The notes below the pieces were generated by a model that saw only the letters and a list, made by a program, of their open reading frames with translations, was not told the DNA's origin and made no database searches. Source: Guillardia theta CCMP2712 (lineage: Eukaryota; Protista; Cryptophyta). From it: a DNA stretch of 64,000 bases. The DNA is taken from assembly GCF_000315625.1 (NCBI RefSeq), contig NW_005434651.1, positions 243,779 through 307,778 of the forward strand, read 5' to 3'. Both the position numbers and the translations under genes were made by a program. Below, in pieces: positions 38,001 through 50,555 of the stretch (positions within the stretch are counted from its first letter, which is position 1; every line of letters begins with the position of its first letter).

Positions 38001-41000
38001 AAGATTGAGTTGTTGGATTCTTCACCTGTATTGTCGTCAAGAGCCATGGGAGGGTTGAACGTCCCCATGTCAAAAGCAAGCCAGGTACATCAATCATCAA
38101 CCAGATTGCTGTTTGTTTACTTGTTGATTCCTAGATACGAATCGTCGCAGAGAACGTGGTCGCATCCGCTCAGTACTCCGCAAAGGTGCGTTTGGACTGC
38201 AAAAGAGTAATTGAAATTGACGTCTTGGCAGGTTTTTTTGCAGGATAGTCTTGTTACGATTGTACATTCTTCCGTAGACCAAATTGCAAATTCTGGAGCT
38301 TTCATCATCATTGTGCCGCCAAGTGACTCGGCATCATCGGTGTTGGGGTTTGTCTCTACGACAGGCTTGCCAACTAGTCAGTCATGTTCGACTTCATGTT
38401 GTTCGAGGCAGAGCTGCTTGCAGGAATGCGGCTCTGGATTCGTCTGCTTCTCACTTTCTTACTACGACGATATCCAGCCGACAGTCGAGATTTTGACCGA
38501 TGCTCAGGGTCCAGATGTTGGCGGTGACTTCGTAGACGTCATTGTATATCGCTATCCTACAATTGGCAGCGCAAATGATGTTTCGGTGACTTTCACTGAC
38601 AGCTCCGGGCAAATCTTTGCTTTCGGCACCGTCTTCCTGTTGTACTCCAACGATCAAGAGACGAAGTTGTCGATCAAGACCCCAGCAGTGAATCTGAATG
38701 GGCTCGCTTCCAACGTCTTTGACGTCTCCATCTTGGGACCGGTTGACCTCACCCTTCAATACACTTACGTCGCTACTTCACCCTTGGTCGTGTCAGGATC
38801 TGTACTTCCATCCCAAGGAAAGTCTAGCGGAGGAGTAGAAGTGTATCTTCAGATCATGTACTTCCCGTTTCCATCTCAGGTTTCAGTCAGTTTTGCAGGA
38901 AACCTCCTCGACGACACAGCTGTGACAGTGGATGCTTCATCCACGCCTGTCAAGACTGTGCTCAGCTTCGTCACTCCACAGACACAGCCGGGAAGTGTTC
39001 TAGTCACAGTGTTTCCTAGCACATGCCCTCTGCCGTGCGTGGATGCCGTGACATTTGACTTCAATCAAATCAGCGAAGCGCAAGTAGCTCTCGTTCCCCC
39101 GGTGCCTGTCTCATGCCCGAACAAAAACTCGTTGGTTCCTCCAATCATCTTGGGCAACTTTCCAAGCGGATATGATGTAGCGAGCATGACTGTGACTGTG
39201 ATCGATGGAGGCGGCACGAGGTTTCCTTCATCAGTTTCTTCAACGCAGCGGATTGATGCAGCAAGCGTTCAGATCTCTGTGACCTTGCCTCAGAATTTGA
39301 TGCCTGGACAACACACGGTCGAGCTGCAGTTTCAACCTGTTTCTGCAGTCATCTTGACCTTTACCATTGACATTTACGACCCGGTGAGATGTCTAGAGCT
39401 CCCAGGCTCTTCTTCCTCTGACTTTGTTTTCGCAGACTTCTGTCCGCTTGCTCGGCATCGATCCAGTTGCATTGCCGACCTCCTTCTTCCTATGGGGAAG
39501 AGCTGTCGCAGTCGATGTCTTGGTTTCGGTGCTGTGCGCCAACTGCCCTCAGGGGCTGAAGACTACTGACGTAACGGCCATGTATGACGGCAATATGGTC
39601 AGCCTGCTTTCGATCCGAGATGTCTCCTCGTGTTCTCCGTCTGCTATCGACTGCAATCGAACTTCCTTCCAAGTCCAGCTCAGCTCTGGTCTCACCGCAG
39701 GGTCAAAGTCCCTCATCATCACTAGCAACCTGGCCAAGTTCCAGTTGACCACGGCGATCTCGTCGCAAGAGTCCTGCAATTGGGACTCGTACTGCAACTC
39801 GTTCGCGTTGACCAGCGACGCTCTCTCTCTGCTAGATAGACCGATATCGGGTGAGCTTGTTCCTGCCCTGACCTTGTGCTCTTACTCACAGACTTGAGTA
39901 GGTCAGACATGTAGCTTGCAATTCTGCATCGCGTCGCATGACATTCCGGACTTGAGCATACTCTCCGCCTCGCCGTCTTCAGGACCAGAAGCTGGAGGAA
40001 CCTCTGTGAAGATTCAGCTGCAGTCCCTCAACGCGATGGATACATCAGACATCTTCGTGACATGCAACAATCAATTCATCAGCGTAGACAGGCTGGACTA
40101 CAGCAACAAGGTCATCTACATATCGACACCGTCATATGACGGCAGCAAGAGGTCAGTAGTGATCACGGTCAAGTCAACAGGAGGAGCTGTAAGGTCTGCA
40201 TCCTTTACCTTCACTTATGTCGGGAGTGGACCGCTGACGGTGCTGTCTGTGTCTGCTCGTGAGGTAGCACGTTCCATGGATCTCGATGTCCTCGTCTCGT
40301 TGAAGAACTTCCCCAAGCTTGACTTTCCCTTCAACAAGTCGAGGGTTTCGTTCGTCTTGCAGGACTTCGACGTGAGAATCATCGCGAGCTCGATCGTCAG
40401 CTCCACTTCTGATGGCACTGTGGCAGCCCTGAAAGTGTCTCCCATTCAAAACGGTCAATGGCCGATGGGATACTTGCAAGTGAGGGTGTTTGAGACTTCA
40501 AGTGCTGGTCAGAACGAAGCAACTTTCAAAGTTCTGGTTATCGATGATCCTACCCCAACCGTCAGCTCCATCTCTCCTGAAGAGATAGATTGCTCAGTCT
40601 CAAATAATTTCGTTCTTGGTATCAAAAATCTCCCTCCGCTTGTGCGATCGACGGACCTCATTGTGTATGTGGATCAATACCCGATGACGGTCAATCTGTT
40701 CCAGTCGCAAGGCCTCGTTGCAACCGTGAAATTGGGTCTCAGCGCAATCCCGTCCTGTAAGATTGGAAACAACATCCTGAGCATACGTTCCCTTACCGAC
40801 AGTCGAATCAACATCAACACAACTGTTGCGTTCAAGGCGAACACATCTTCCAAGCTTCTTCTGTATCAGCCAACATCTTTCTACCTGGGGCAAAGTCGAG
40901 ATGTGGAGATCTATCTCGACAACTTTCCCTCGGCTGCATGTGTTGACTGCGTGCAAGAAGCTTACCAGTCCTTGTTTGTCTGTGACGGGAAAAACGGAAC

Positions 41001-44000
41001 GTTGAAAAGCGTGAGGGTGTCTCAAGGAAAGACTATCATTGTTGCCACTCTTCCCTTGTTCAAGTTTCCTGGGACAATCAGCTGTTCGCTCTCCTCATCA
41101 ACGGTAGGCTGATGAAAACTCTCTCCATGGTTTTTCTTGCCTTTGACTTTTCTTTGCAGAATTCGGTTGCCTTCCAGGTCAGCTTGGTCCCGCCCAGCGT
41201 TACCATCTCCCCTATCGATGGACCTCAGAGTGGAGGGTCGCAGATCACCGTCGTTGCCGTTGGGTTTGACGCAACACTTCCAGAGCAGCTTGCCATTACA
41301 GTGGGGGGCTCAACAGCTAATATTGTGAGCGTACAGCCCACGTTCTACCAGCAGGTGTTTCCTGCTGTTAGAGTTGTTGCTGTTGCTCCTACTGCCCCCA
41401 ACGTCGGAGTAGTCAGTTGCTCCATCTCCTCTATCTCCGCACTTTCTCAGCAGTCCTTCACTTTCCAGTACTTTCAGCTTCCTTCCATTGATTGGGTTCG
41501 TCCTAACGTGGCTACTGTGAACGGCAAAACCAAATCAGCCGATGGCCGGAGTGCAAGGTTCAAACTTTCAAACTTTCCACCTCTGAATGGACCCGAAGAC
41601 CTGGTGGTTCTGTTTGACGGCATGGAGTGTATCAGCACCTCCTGCTACGTTGCGGACATTCAAAGCGCGTCGGATCACTACATAGTTACCGTGCGAGTGC
41701 CGCCGAGGTCAAGCGGAGACAAGGTTGTGTCTTTCGCCTTCCGAAACTCCTTGCAATCCTCAGCCATCCGATCTAACAGAGTTGCAACCACAACATTCCA
41801 GTACGTCAAACCATCACCAGCCATTTCATCCATACTTTGGTGTGCTGTCTGTAACACTGGCGACGCTTGCATGCTGTATCGTCGATGCGGCGACTCTTCC
41901 TCCCCTCTCGTGTCAGAAGCAGACTCGAACGGGAAGGGCGTCGTCACGTTTGTGGTTGACAATCAAGAGTTTGCCTCGGGGGCGTCAGCGTCGGCTTCTT
42001 TGAACAACGTGGCGTACCTGCAGTTTCAACGGGTCGCTTTCGCCGCATCGGATGGCTCGCGTTTGGAGCTCGAGTTCAAGATGCCCAAGTTGAGCATGTC
42101 AGGACAGCTTTCGGGTGAACTGACGTTGAACAATCTCGGCTTGACCGTCAACATTCCGTTCCAAATCAAGCTCTTCAACAGTCAGATCTTGATCTCCTGC
42201 TACGAGGACGTCTACTCCATTTGTGCTGGCAGTTACACAGGCCCAGGGCCCGTCAAGGTCCGATTGACAAACTTCCCGTATTCCCAAGGAGGACTCAGTT
42301 TCGTCGATTCGATCGTCGTCACTTTCGGCTACGTGCAGGTATGCACGTTGTGGCTGACCACATAGACTCTGACAGGCGTCTTGCAGGCAACTTCACTCCG
42401 CCTCTTGAGCTTCAACATGACAGACGCAGTGTTGGAGGTTCAACCCCCGACATGCTCCAACTGCCCCTTTTCCAACGGAAGGAGCTCGGTGGACCTGTCA
42501 GTTGCTCTCCGAGCTGATTCTTCGACCAAAGCCACGACGACCTACAGCTACTGGAAGGCGCCAGAGGTCACAAGCGCCTCGTTCGATTCCAAGGGGATAT
42601 CGATATCCGTCTTATTCGATCAGGTCTGTGCTGAGTTGGAATGACTGAAGAGTGTTGACGCATCTCCGCAGGCTGTGAGGGTGGTAGACGCCAGTGGCAG
42701 CAGCTCTTGCCCTCTGCTCGACGAGACCATGAGATCTCTTGGAGGCAGCGCTCAATGCTCGTGGACGACTTCAAGTCAGCTGCAGATCAGTCTCGACAGC
42801 ACAGCTTCTGTTGTCCCAGGCTCGGTCTTGAGGTTTCAGGACGGAGCTCTCGCGCCGATTTACGAATTCGAATCCAACAGGCTCTTGTCCTCGACTGTGA
42901 AGGCTCCAGCATTTCCAGTTGCGCTCTCCGTCTCCCTCAAAGGTCCTTCCACCGTCGACGCCTGCTCACCTTTGCAGCTGCAAGCCGAGGCTTCAAGTCA
43001 GCGGCCTGTGCTCTTCAGCTGGGACTGCAGCAACGACGATGCGCTCAAGTCTGCCATCTCGGGAGTTACGAGCAGTAACCTGACGTTCACGGCCGGAACT
43101 CCAGAGCTGCAAGTGTTCGACAAGACCTACGTATTGTCGGTAACCGCCACTGACTTCTTGGGAACCGTTTCAAAACCCGTCACGCTGAGGGTATTGAAGC
43201 GACGAGCTCCGTCTCCCGTCATCTCTTTCTCACCGCCCTACATCTCCACCACTCAGAATGCAGATGTCAAGGTCTTGGCTGAGATTCAGTTCTCCTCCTG
43301 CCCGGTAGAGCAGTCTGGCTTTCAATTTGCGTGGGGTCAGACGGCAGGGCCGTCAGTTGATCCCCAATACTTCAACTCATCTCTGCCCCAGCTCTACATC
43401 CCTGCTGGAGTGCTTAAAGCCGGCAGCTCTTACGTCTTCGAGTTCACAGCGAGCATGACGGTAGATGCCTCTAGAACTGCCAAGGGCTCCATCACTGTCG
43501 ACGTTCGCAACCAGCAGCTCGTCGCTCTCATCTCGGGAGGCTCGCACATCCAGTCGTCATCCCTTCGCAACTTGGTCTTGGACGCGTCGTCGTCACGAGA
43601 TCCTGATCAGAGCTCTACAGCAGCTTCTGGCCTCGTCTTCTCCTGGACTTGCTCGGTTTGGGATGGTTTCTCCGCGCAAGGCTGCAGAGATTCGAACAAC
43701 AACGTGCTCAGCCTCCCCTCGTCCTCCATCGTCACCATCGCGCCTGGCACGTTGCCGGTGCTGGCGGGCATGGAGTACATCTTCAACGTCACAGTGAGCC
43801 TGCCCAACCGCATCCCCACGTCCTTCTCGATGCCAGTCACCCTCTACGAGGAGCCCATCCCCACCGCCAGCATCGACTTCCAGGGAGGCACCAGAGGAGC
43901 CGATGGCTCTCTTTATGTCGCCAGCGTGGGACGAAAGCTCTTCTCGGGCGCCTGCGACCCGGCATCCTCCTCCTACCAGTGGGCCATGATGGCGGATTCA

Positions 44001-47000
44001 GTCAGCGTGCCCATAGGCAACGACACGTCCAACTTCCCGATGGGAGCTCAGGGACCGACGTTCATCGTTGCCTCCGACTACTTCCTTCCCGCAGTCTCTT
44101 ACAGCCTCTCGCTCACTTGCTCGGCCAACGGCTTCGTGGGCCGCGCGTTCCTGTCCATGTCGGTCCTGCAGCCTCCGTATGGTGGGGCCTGTGAGGTGTG
44201 CGTGTATGATGACGCGGCAGGAGCTTGTCAGGCGGGCTCAGCAGGAACCGTCTCCTTCTCTCCATTTGAAACCGTCAGGTTCTACTGCAGCGGATGGGCG
44301 AGCAGCAACGAACCTCTGCAGTATCGCTTCGGGGTTTCTTACAACGAGGGGACAGAAACCGACTGGCAGGCTTACTCCACCGCCTCCTACAACGACATCC
44401 CATGCATCAAGGCGGGAACGATGTTGCTGCTGGTGCAGCTGAAAGACGCCCTGGGCTCCGAGAACAGCATGGTAAGAGCGCCAGGCAGGATAGGATCCGT
44501 CACCAGCTGGAAGAGAGTCCGTGTGTCGAATGGAAGGGAAAGAGGAAGAAGGTTGTTGTCCAACCAGACGGGCCTGGACTGGACGAAGCTGGGAGGCATG
44601 ATCACCTCAGCCATTCGACGAGGCCAGTGGGACGAGAGCTCACTGCTCATCGGAGCTGGTTCGGAACAAGCCTCGTTGGAGTTGGACTCAGGGATCCTTG
44701 ACTACAGCTCGTGGCTCAAGTCCACGGAGACTCTGATCTCCAGCCTAGTCAGCGCAGCCAACATTGCCTTCTTTGACCCTGCGACTGCTTGCCAAGCTTT
44801 GAACATCGGAAAGAACCTTCTGAAACAAATCCCTTCCCTATCTTCGGAAGACATCACCAAAGTTACCTCACTAGTCAAGACGATGATCGACTCCAAGACC
44901 CTGTTCTCAGTCAAAACCCAGTTCGTCTGCGGTGAATCAGCTCTGTCGCTCTACTCGTCGCTCTTTCAGATCTTACAGGCGCAGGCTGCCAATCAGACGT
45001 GGGTGGCCGCGTCGGTCATGAATAGCTTTGAGCAAGCGATGTACAAGCTCATGAAGTTGCAGTCAGCCTCGTTGTGGCCCGGAGAATCTCCCATCACCAT
45101 CTCCACCAACACCTCCCAGTACAAGATCACCAGGATGTACGCCAAGAACGTCGACAAATTCGCTTCCACCGTCGGCCTTACAGGGGAGTTCGCGTTTCCC
45201 GATAACCTCCAGCAGAGCCTCCAGCTAGGAGACAACGTGGTCATTGATGTGCATAGCGACGTGATGAGCAATGCTGTAGACATGGAGCCCTGGCGGCCGG
45301 TGTCGCCGCTGGTTTCTCTTTCCCTCTCCCTCTCGCAGGACCTGGTCCCCTTGAAGGTCAGGAACCTGAGTGCTCCCATCCTCTTCGACCTCCCCGTCCT
45401 CACGGCGAGCGATAGCTACCTCTGCGTATACTGGAACGGCAGCGGGTACTCAGGGATCGGCTGTCGGGTGGAGCGAGTCAACGTTGGGACGGTGACTTGC
45501 GCTTGCAACCACCTGACCTCCTTCACGCTGCTGCCGCCTGTCGAGCTTCAACCCTTGTCCCCTCTCTCCTCCGTGCCGACCCCGACCTTCACTGTCACTC
45601 AGGAGTCCAACGGCGACTCCCAGTACGTCGGTTACGTCGCCGTTAGGATCCGCTGCAATGCATCGCAAGCCTACATCAACTGGACAGTTGACTCGGTAAC
45701 TCCAACGTGTCTCGTGCAGACATCACTCAACTCCACCTGGTCGTCGGCGCTCCCAACGCAGCTTGCTGACGTCACCGTGTACATCACGACCAACACGACT
45801 CTCAAGGCAGTCGCCTGCATCGATGGGCATGCCAGCGAGTTTGCCGAGCAGTCCTTCCACGTTCTCCCAACCACGGAGCTGCTGCTGCGCCTGAGCTTCT
45901 CTGGCGTCTCGACCACTCAGCTCACAGATGCTGTGCTGAACCAGCTCAAAATTTTGATAGCGAAAGACCTTGGAATGCCCTCCTCGTTGTTGACCTTGAA
46001 GGACATGGCGACGGCATGGGTTCGAGCTCTGCACAACTACAAGCGAAGTCTGCACGCTGTCGTCGTCTTGGAGTGGGCAGTGATTCCTCTTTCTCCTCAG
46101 TTCGCGGTTTCCTTCCAGCAGCTGGTGGAGGGTGTGGGAGCCTCTGGCTTCAGCTCCATCTTTCAGCAGGTCGGCATCCAGGTCTCCGTGGTCAAGTTGG
46201 AAGTCGGGAAGCAAGGGAACATGACAGAGGTGCAGCTTTCTCCTGTCAGCACTACTCCGATAGCAGGAGCAGGAGCAGGAGCAGGGGGAGCAGGAGCAGG
46301 GGGAGCAGGAGCAGCAGGAGCAGGAGCAGGAGGAGCAGCATCGACACCGCCAGGGGTGGACAAGACAGCAGTGCCGTCGGGGAGCAGCTCGTCTTCGAAT
46401 GAGAGCACCATGTGGATCGTGATCTACACGTGCAGCGCTGTGACCCTCTTCGCCGTGCTCTTGGCCTTGAAGAGGTACAGGAGGTACGTGCGAGACAAGA
46501 ACAAGTCCAAAGTCGCCCCAACTGAGGACTCCTCGACCCCTGCCGATGCTCCTTCCGAGACTCAAAGGGACGAGGACACGACGGCAGCGATGGAGGAGGA
46601 TGAAGACATGCCCGAGATCCTCGTGACTCGAGCTGGTAGCTCTGGTTTCACGGCGAACGTGCTGGTGCAGCAGCTGTCGGAGGAGGGAGGAGGGGAGGGA
46701 GGAAGAGGAGAAGAGCAGGAGGGAGCAGCAGCTTCACACCATGGAGTGGTTGACGCGAGCGGCAGACAGAGGAGGAAGTCAAAGATAGCAGGGCGGTACA
46801 AGACGAACATCAGGAAGATCTTAGAGGTGAGTTGCGTCAACGCACTTGCGAGATGTCAGCTGACTGATGCTCTTGCAGGAGATCAAAGACGGCAACAAGG
46901 TAGAGCCTGAAGAAGCAGCTGGGGGTGAGGTGGACTTGCTGTCCAGCTACTCTCTCCCTCAGGTGGACGAGGAGGTTGCAGACAAACAGACGCAGGAGGC

Positions 47001-47109
47001 GGAGGAGAAGCTGACGCCTATCGCTTCTGCTTGGACCGAAATCGCAGAGAGCAACAAAGATGATGACGCGACGAATGCCGTTGTGCCCTTCGAGAGGGAC
47101 AGAGCTTAG
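29005..47109 (+). CDS. Giant single-pass cell-surface protein (~5,500-6,000 aa): EGF repeats, Ser/Thr mucin repeats, cadherin-like and FN3-like domains, multiple IPT/TIG domains, REJ, GPS, TM helix, acidic tail
   Basis: Consecutive long + ORFs joined by short introns. EGF CSGHGRCGGWDGECICLEGWGGARC; cadherin-like VVPVNDAPAF..ILEDSG; IPT SPSSGPEAGGTSVKI; REJ-like LVLDASSSRDPD..LVFSWTC; GPS CVYWNGSGYSGIGC..VTCACNHLTSFTLL; TM MWIVIYTCSAVTLFAVLLAL-KRYRR. Confidence 0.85.
29343..29783 (+). repeat. 198-bp coding tandem repeat (EGF-like units, ~2.2 copies)
   Basis: The 66-aa unit is repeated identically; ORF-track starts at 29388 and 29586 differ by 198. Confidence 0.92.
30040..31937 (+). repeat. 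240-bp (80-aa) mucin-like coding tandem repeat with internally deleted variants
   Basis: TTTGAGEGGASSTTQASTPAPSTPSWQTSVDGYLVGNTSSAGIETSATWESSTSTPVPSSTELSNVSSTSTTTAIDSKLY repeated about 6 times in full plus several half-units. Confidence 0.95.
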
Positions 47110-47126
47110 GTCAAACCCTCGACTAC

Positions 47127-47164
47127 ATTAGATTAGATTAGATCAGATTAGATTAGATTAGATT
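47127..47164 (+). repeat. (GATTA)n pentanucleotide microsatellite just 3' of the giant gene
   Basis: attagattagattagatcagattagattagattagatt. Confidence 0.85.
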
Positions 47165-47382
47165 GGAGTTCAATTTAGAGCTGAAGCCAATTTTTACTTT
47201 GTACAGTATGAAAGAATTCTCTTATACATGAGGGAGTGACCAGTTTACACAAGGAAAGGAGGGAGGAGAGGATAGGGAGAAGAAAAGCAGGGAAGGAGAC
47301 GGGGGGAAGGGGGAGGGGTGAGGGGGTGGAAGGGAAGGACGGGAGAAAGAGGGATTGCTCTACTCTCCTAACTTTCTGCCAT

Positions 47383-49369
47383 TCAATCCTCCTCGAGCTT
47401 CACCGCTTGGATCGAAGTTTTCTGCCAGTCTCGTCAGCATCAAGTCATCGGACATCTCAAGCTGTTGTGACCTGAAGCAGGGCTGTTTGCCTCAGCCCCG
47501 CAAACTGCACGCGAACTCTCTTGCCGTTCCCGACGACAGCGACGATGAGCCCGACGAGGTTGCGGTAGCGCGAAGACTTGGAGGTCACTCGAACGAGCAT
47601 CCCCTCCTTCACCTCTTCCTCCTCCCTAACAGCTCCTCCCTCCTCGCCAGCGGAGGGCTTCGGCGCCTGCTGCTGGTGCTCTTTTCTCTCTACCCCGTCG
47701 GTCACTTCAAGCCCTCGAGTCTCCACACCTTCATCTCCCAACTCCTCTTCCTGAATCTCAAATATTTTCCCCGTACGCAAGTCCACCTCCTCCACGACCT
47801 GGATGAAATTAGTTCCAGGAGGGCGAAGCGAAGAAAGCGTAGTACGAGGAGGAGGAGGAGGAGGAGGAGGAGGAGGAGGAGGAGGAGGAGGTTGCAAGGG
47901 AAAGAGGGGCCAAGATTGGCAAGGATCTGGAGGGGCGTCACCTCAAATCCGTCGCTCCATGTCGTTCGTATTCCGATAGTCTTCTCATTAGCAAACACAA
48001 CCCTCATGTCGTAGGAAGTTTCAAGCTCTTGAGCCTCGCCTTCGCGCCCCGCCAGCAAACTTGCCGACAACACCACAACATCCGTTGCTTTCACGTCTTC
48101 GTGGACCTCAACTGCTCTTGGCACATCAAGTTTCACATCCGCCCCCTTTGATTTCACTGCCTCTCCTGGTTGCTTCACCTGCTCCTTGGTTGTCTGCAAG
48201 CTCATCTCGGGGCTTGCTTCCCCTAGCTTCATCGCCTTGTGCTCCTCCACGAGCTCAGACTCCTTCCCCCTGCTCTGTTTCAGCCCCTTTTCAGACAGAA
48301 GAGGCACCGACAGCTCCATCCCCTTGAAGGCCTTGGCGAAGGGATCAGCCTCCTCCTCCTCCTCCTCTTGGTCGGGCGTGTCCATCCCGATCTCCCTGCG
48401 AAACTCATGCAGGAGCTGAGCTTGCGAACTCTCTCCGTTCAGCCTGCTGAGGTAGTCATCCAGCATCTGATGCGCGTCCAGCTTCAACCCAGGGAACACG
48501 CGGTTGAGCAGATAGCCCTTGGTCCTCGTCAGCGGGTCATCCCCGGGTATCCACACGCTCCCCTGGTCGTACTTGAGCTCGAACATGCCCGTCTCGAGCC
48601 GGTTGCCCTCCTCGCCCTCCTCGGCGATGTCGCCATCTGCCTCCAGCATGGCGCGAGCTGCATCGTCTGACCCCGAAGGCGGCATCTCGTCCTTCACTCT
48701 TACATCCTCAAACTCCTCAACTTGTTGCCCGTTCATGGGCTTCCACTCCTGGACCTCAGGGCGGTTGTCCTGATCGCGAGTTTCCGGCACATCATGCATG
48801 GCCTTGTCCTCGCTCTCATCCTCTTCTGTCCAGCGGAAGTTCTCCACCGCGTTCGCCTCCGAGAGCCACTTGAACTCCTTCGACATCGACTTTGCCATGC
48901 GGTCCCCGAGTGATTCTGGACGGGTCAACGAGGACGGAGCGGCTGCATCCTGATTGAAGGAATACGCTGCTTGATTGTCCCTCCTCTTTGCTATGATTCC
49001 TGCAAGAGCCTCCCTTGCTCGCTCCAACTCGTTCATCCCTCCATCCCGCCGCTGGCTGCCAGACGCTGAAAGTGACCGCACGCCCTCTTGGCAGGATCTC
49101 ATCCTGGAGCGAGGGGCCATGCTGGGAGAGCAAGACTTGGGAATGCCACGAACCTTAAGCCCTGTCATGAAGCAGAGAAGAGGATGACTTTCAACTTCTG
49201 CTGCCTCTGCACCTTCTTTCGGCCCTTGAATTTCGCACCTCAAACGCCACCCGCTGCACGGACTATGTTGGCACATCCCTGACACTAGACAAGGAGACTG
49301 TTCAGCGTGGAAGGGGAAGAGGAGGAGGAGGAGGAGGAGGGTGTGAATAGAGGCTGTTGTATGCTGCAT
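47383..49369 (-). CDS. Hypothetical acidic protein with N-terminal signal peptide and C-terminal KOW-like motif
   Basis: Long ORF 47702-49423 contains MQHTTASIHTLLLLLLLFPFHA; after a (CCT)n intron it continues KEGMLVRVTSKSSRYRNLVGLIVAVVGNGKRVRVQF (KOW-like). Confidence 0.6.
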
Positions 49370-49934
49370 GCGTTGCCTTCCTCGTCCTCCTCGTCCTCCT
49401 TCCCGTCCTTGCCTGCCTGCCATTGTCGCAATACCGTCCCAAAAATCGCCAACCCTCCTCCTATAAATTTCAATATTCTGCTTCAGATGTCAATATATTT
49501 CCTATAAATATTACACGATTATCCTTCATTTATTGTCCACACGCTGTAAATTTCTACGAAGCACGCTCTCGTGCTGCAGTAGAATATTGCAGATCTATTG
49601 AAGAAACCACCCCCACCTACTCAAATCCTTAATTGTACCCCAACCCGCCCGCAGCCCCATTTCGAAGCTCCTCTGAGATACATCCACCAACCACCTCTAG
49701 CAGTACCCACCTTTGTCCAATCACTACCCCATATTTTTATATCCAGTAAGACCATCAAGCACGGGTGATTGACTACCCCCACCTATGATAGCCTCTAAAG
49801 AAATATGTATCATTGGTTATGAGCCACTTCAGCACTTTTAAAAAAAGATCCTCAGGAACTTTTACACGAAAAAAAAAGGAGGGAGCACGATCACCTCTCT
49901 TAGAGCCGAGCTGTTTGAGGAAACATGGATGGAT

Positions 49935-50053
49935 GGAGGAGGAGGAGGAGGAGGAGGAGGAGGAGGAGGAGGAGGAGGAGGAGGAGGTTGATGATTTTGA
50001 TGATGATTTTGATGATGATTTTGATGATGATTTTGAGATGTTGATGTTGATGT

Positions 50054-50128
<75 letters not shown>

Positions 50129-50180
50129 TGATGATGACGATGACGATGAGGAGCAGGAGGAGGTGGTGGTGGAGGAGGAT
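49935..50180. repeat. Compound trinucleotide microsatellite (GAG/GAT/GAC)
   Basis: Long intergenic runs of gag, gat and gac. Confidence 0.9.
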
Positions 50181-50555
50181 GTGGTGGAATAAGGTAGAGG
50201 GGATAAGGATAAGGTAGGGTTAGGGTAACAGAGGAGAATTCGAGAGAGGAAAACAAGGGAGAAAGAAGGATTCTTGATGACGAATGACGGGGAGGCAAGA
50301 GAAGAATAGGAGAGGAAGATTGTAGAGAATAAGGAGGACGAGGAGGACGAGGCTAGATAATGCCAGGAGTTGGTGGAGTGTTTTGGTGGAGCAGAGAGCA
50401 GGAAACGAGATAAGACATGAGTTGGTGGGAATAGAACAAGCGCATGCATCTGAATCATGCAGATGGTAACCAAACCATTTTTGAACGGAAAAAAATCGAC
50501 AAATTTAAGTGTTCGCTCCTAGGCTGACTGCCCTCATTCTCCAGCCACAAGTAGG

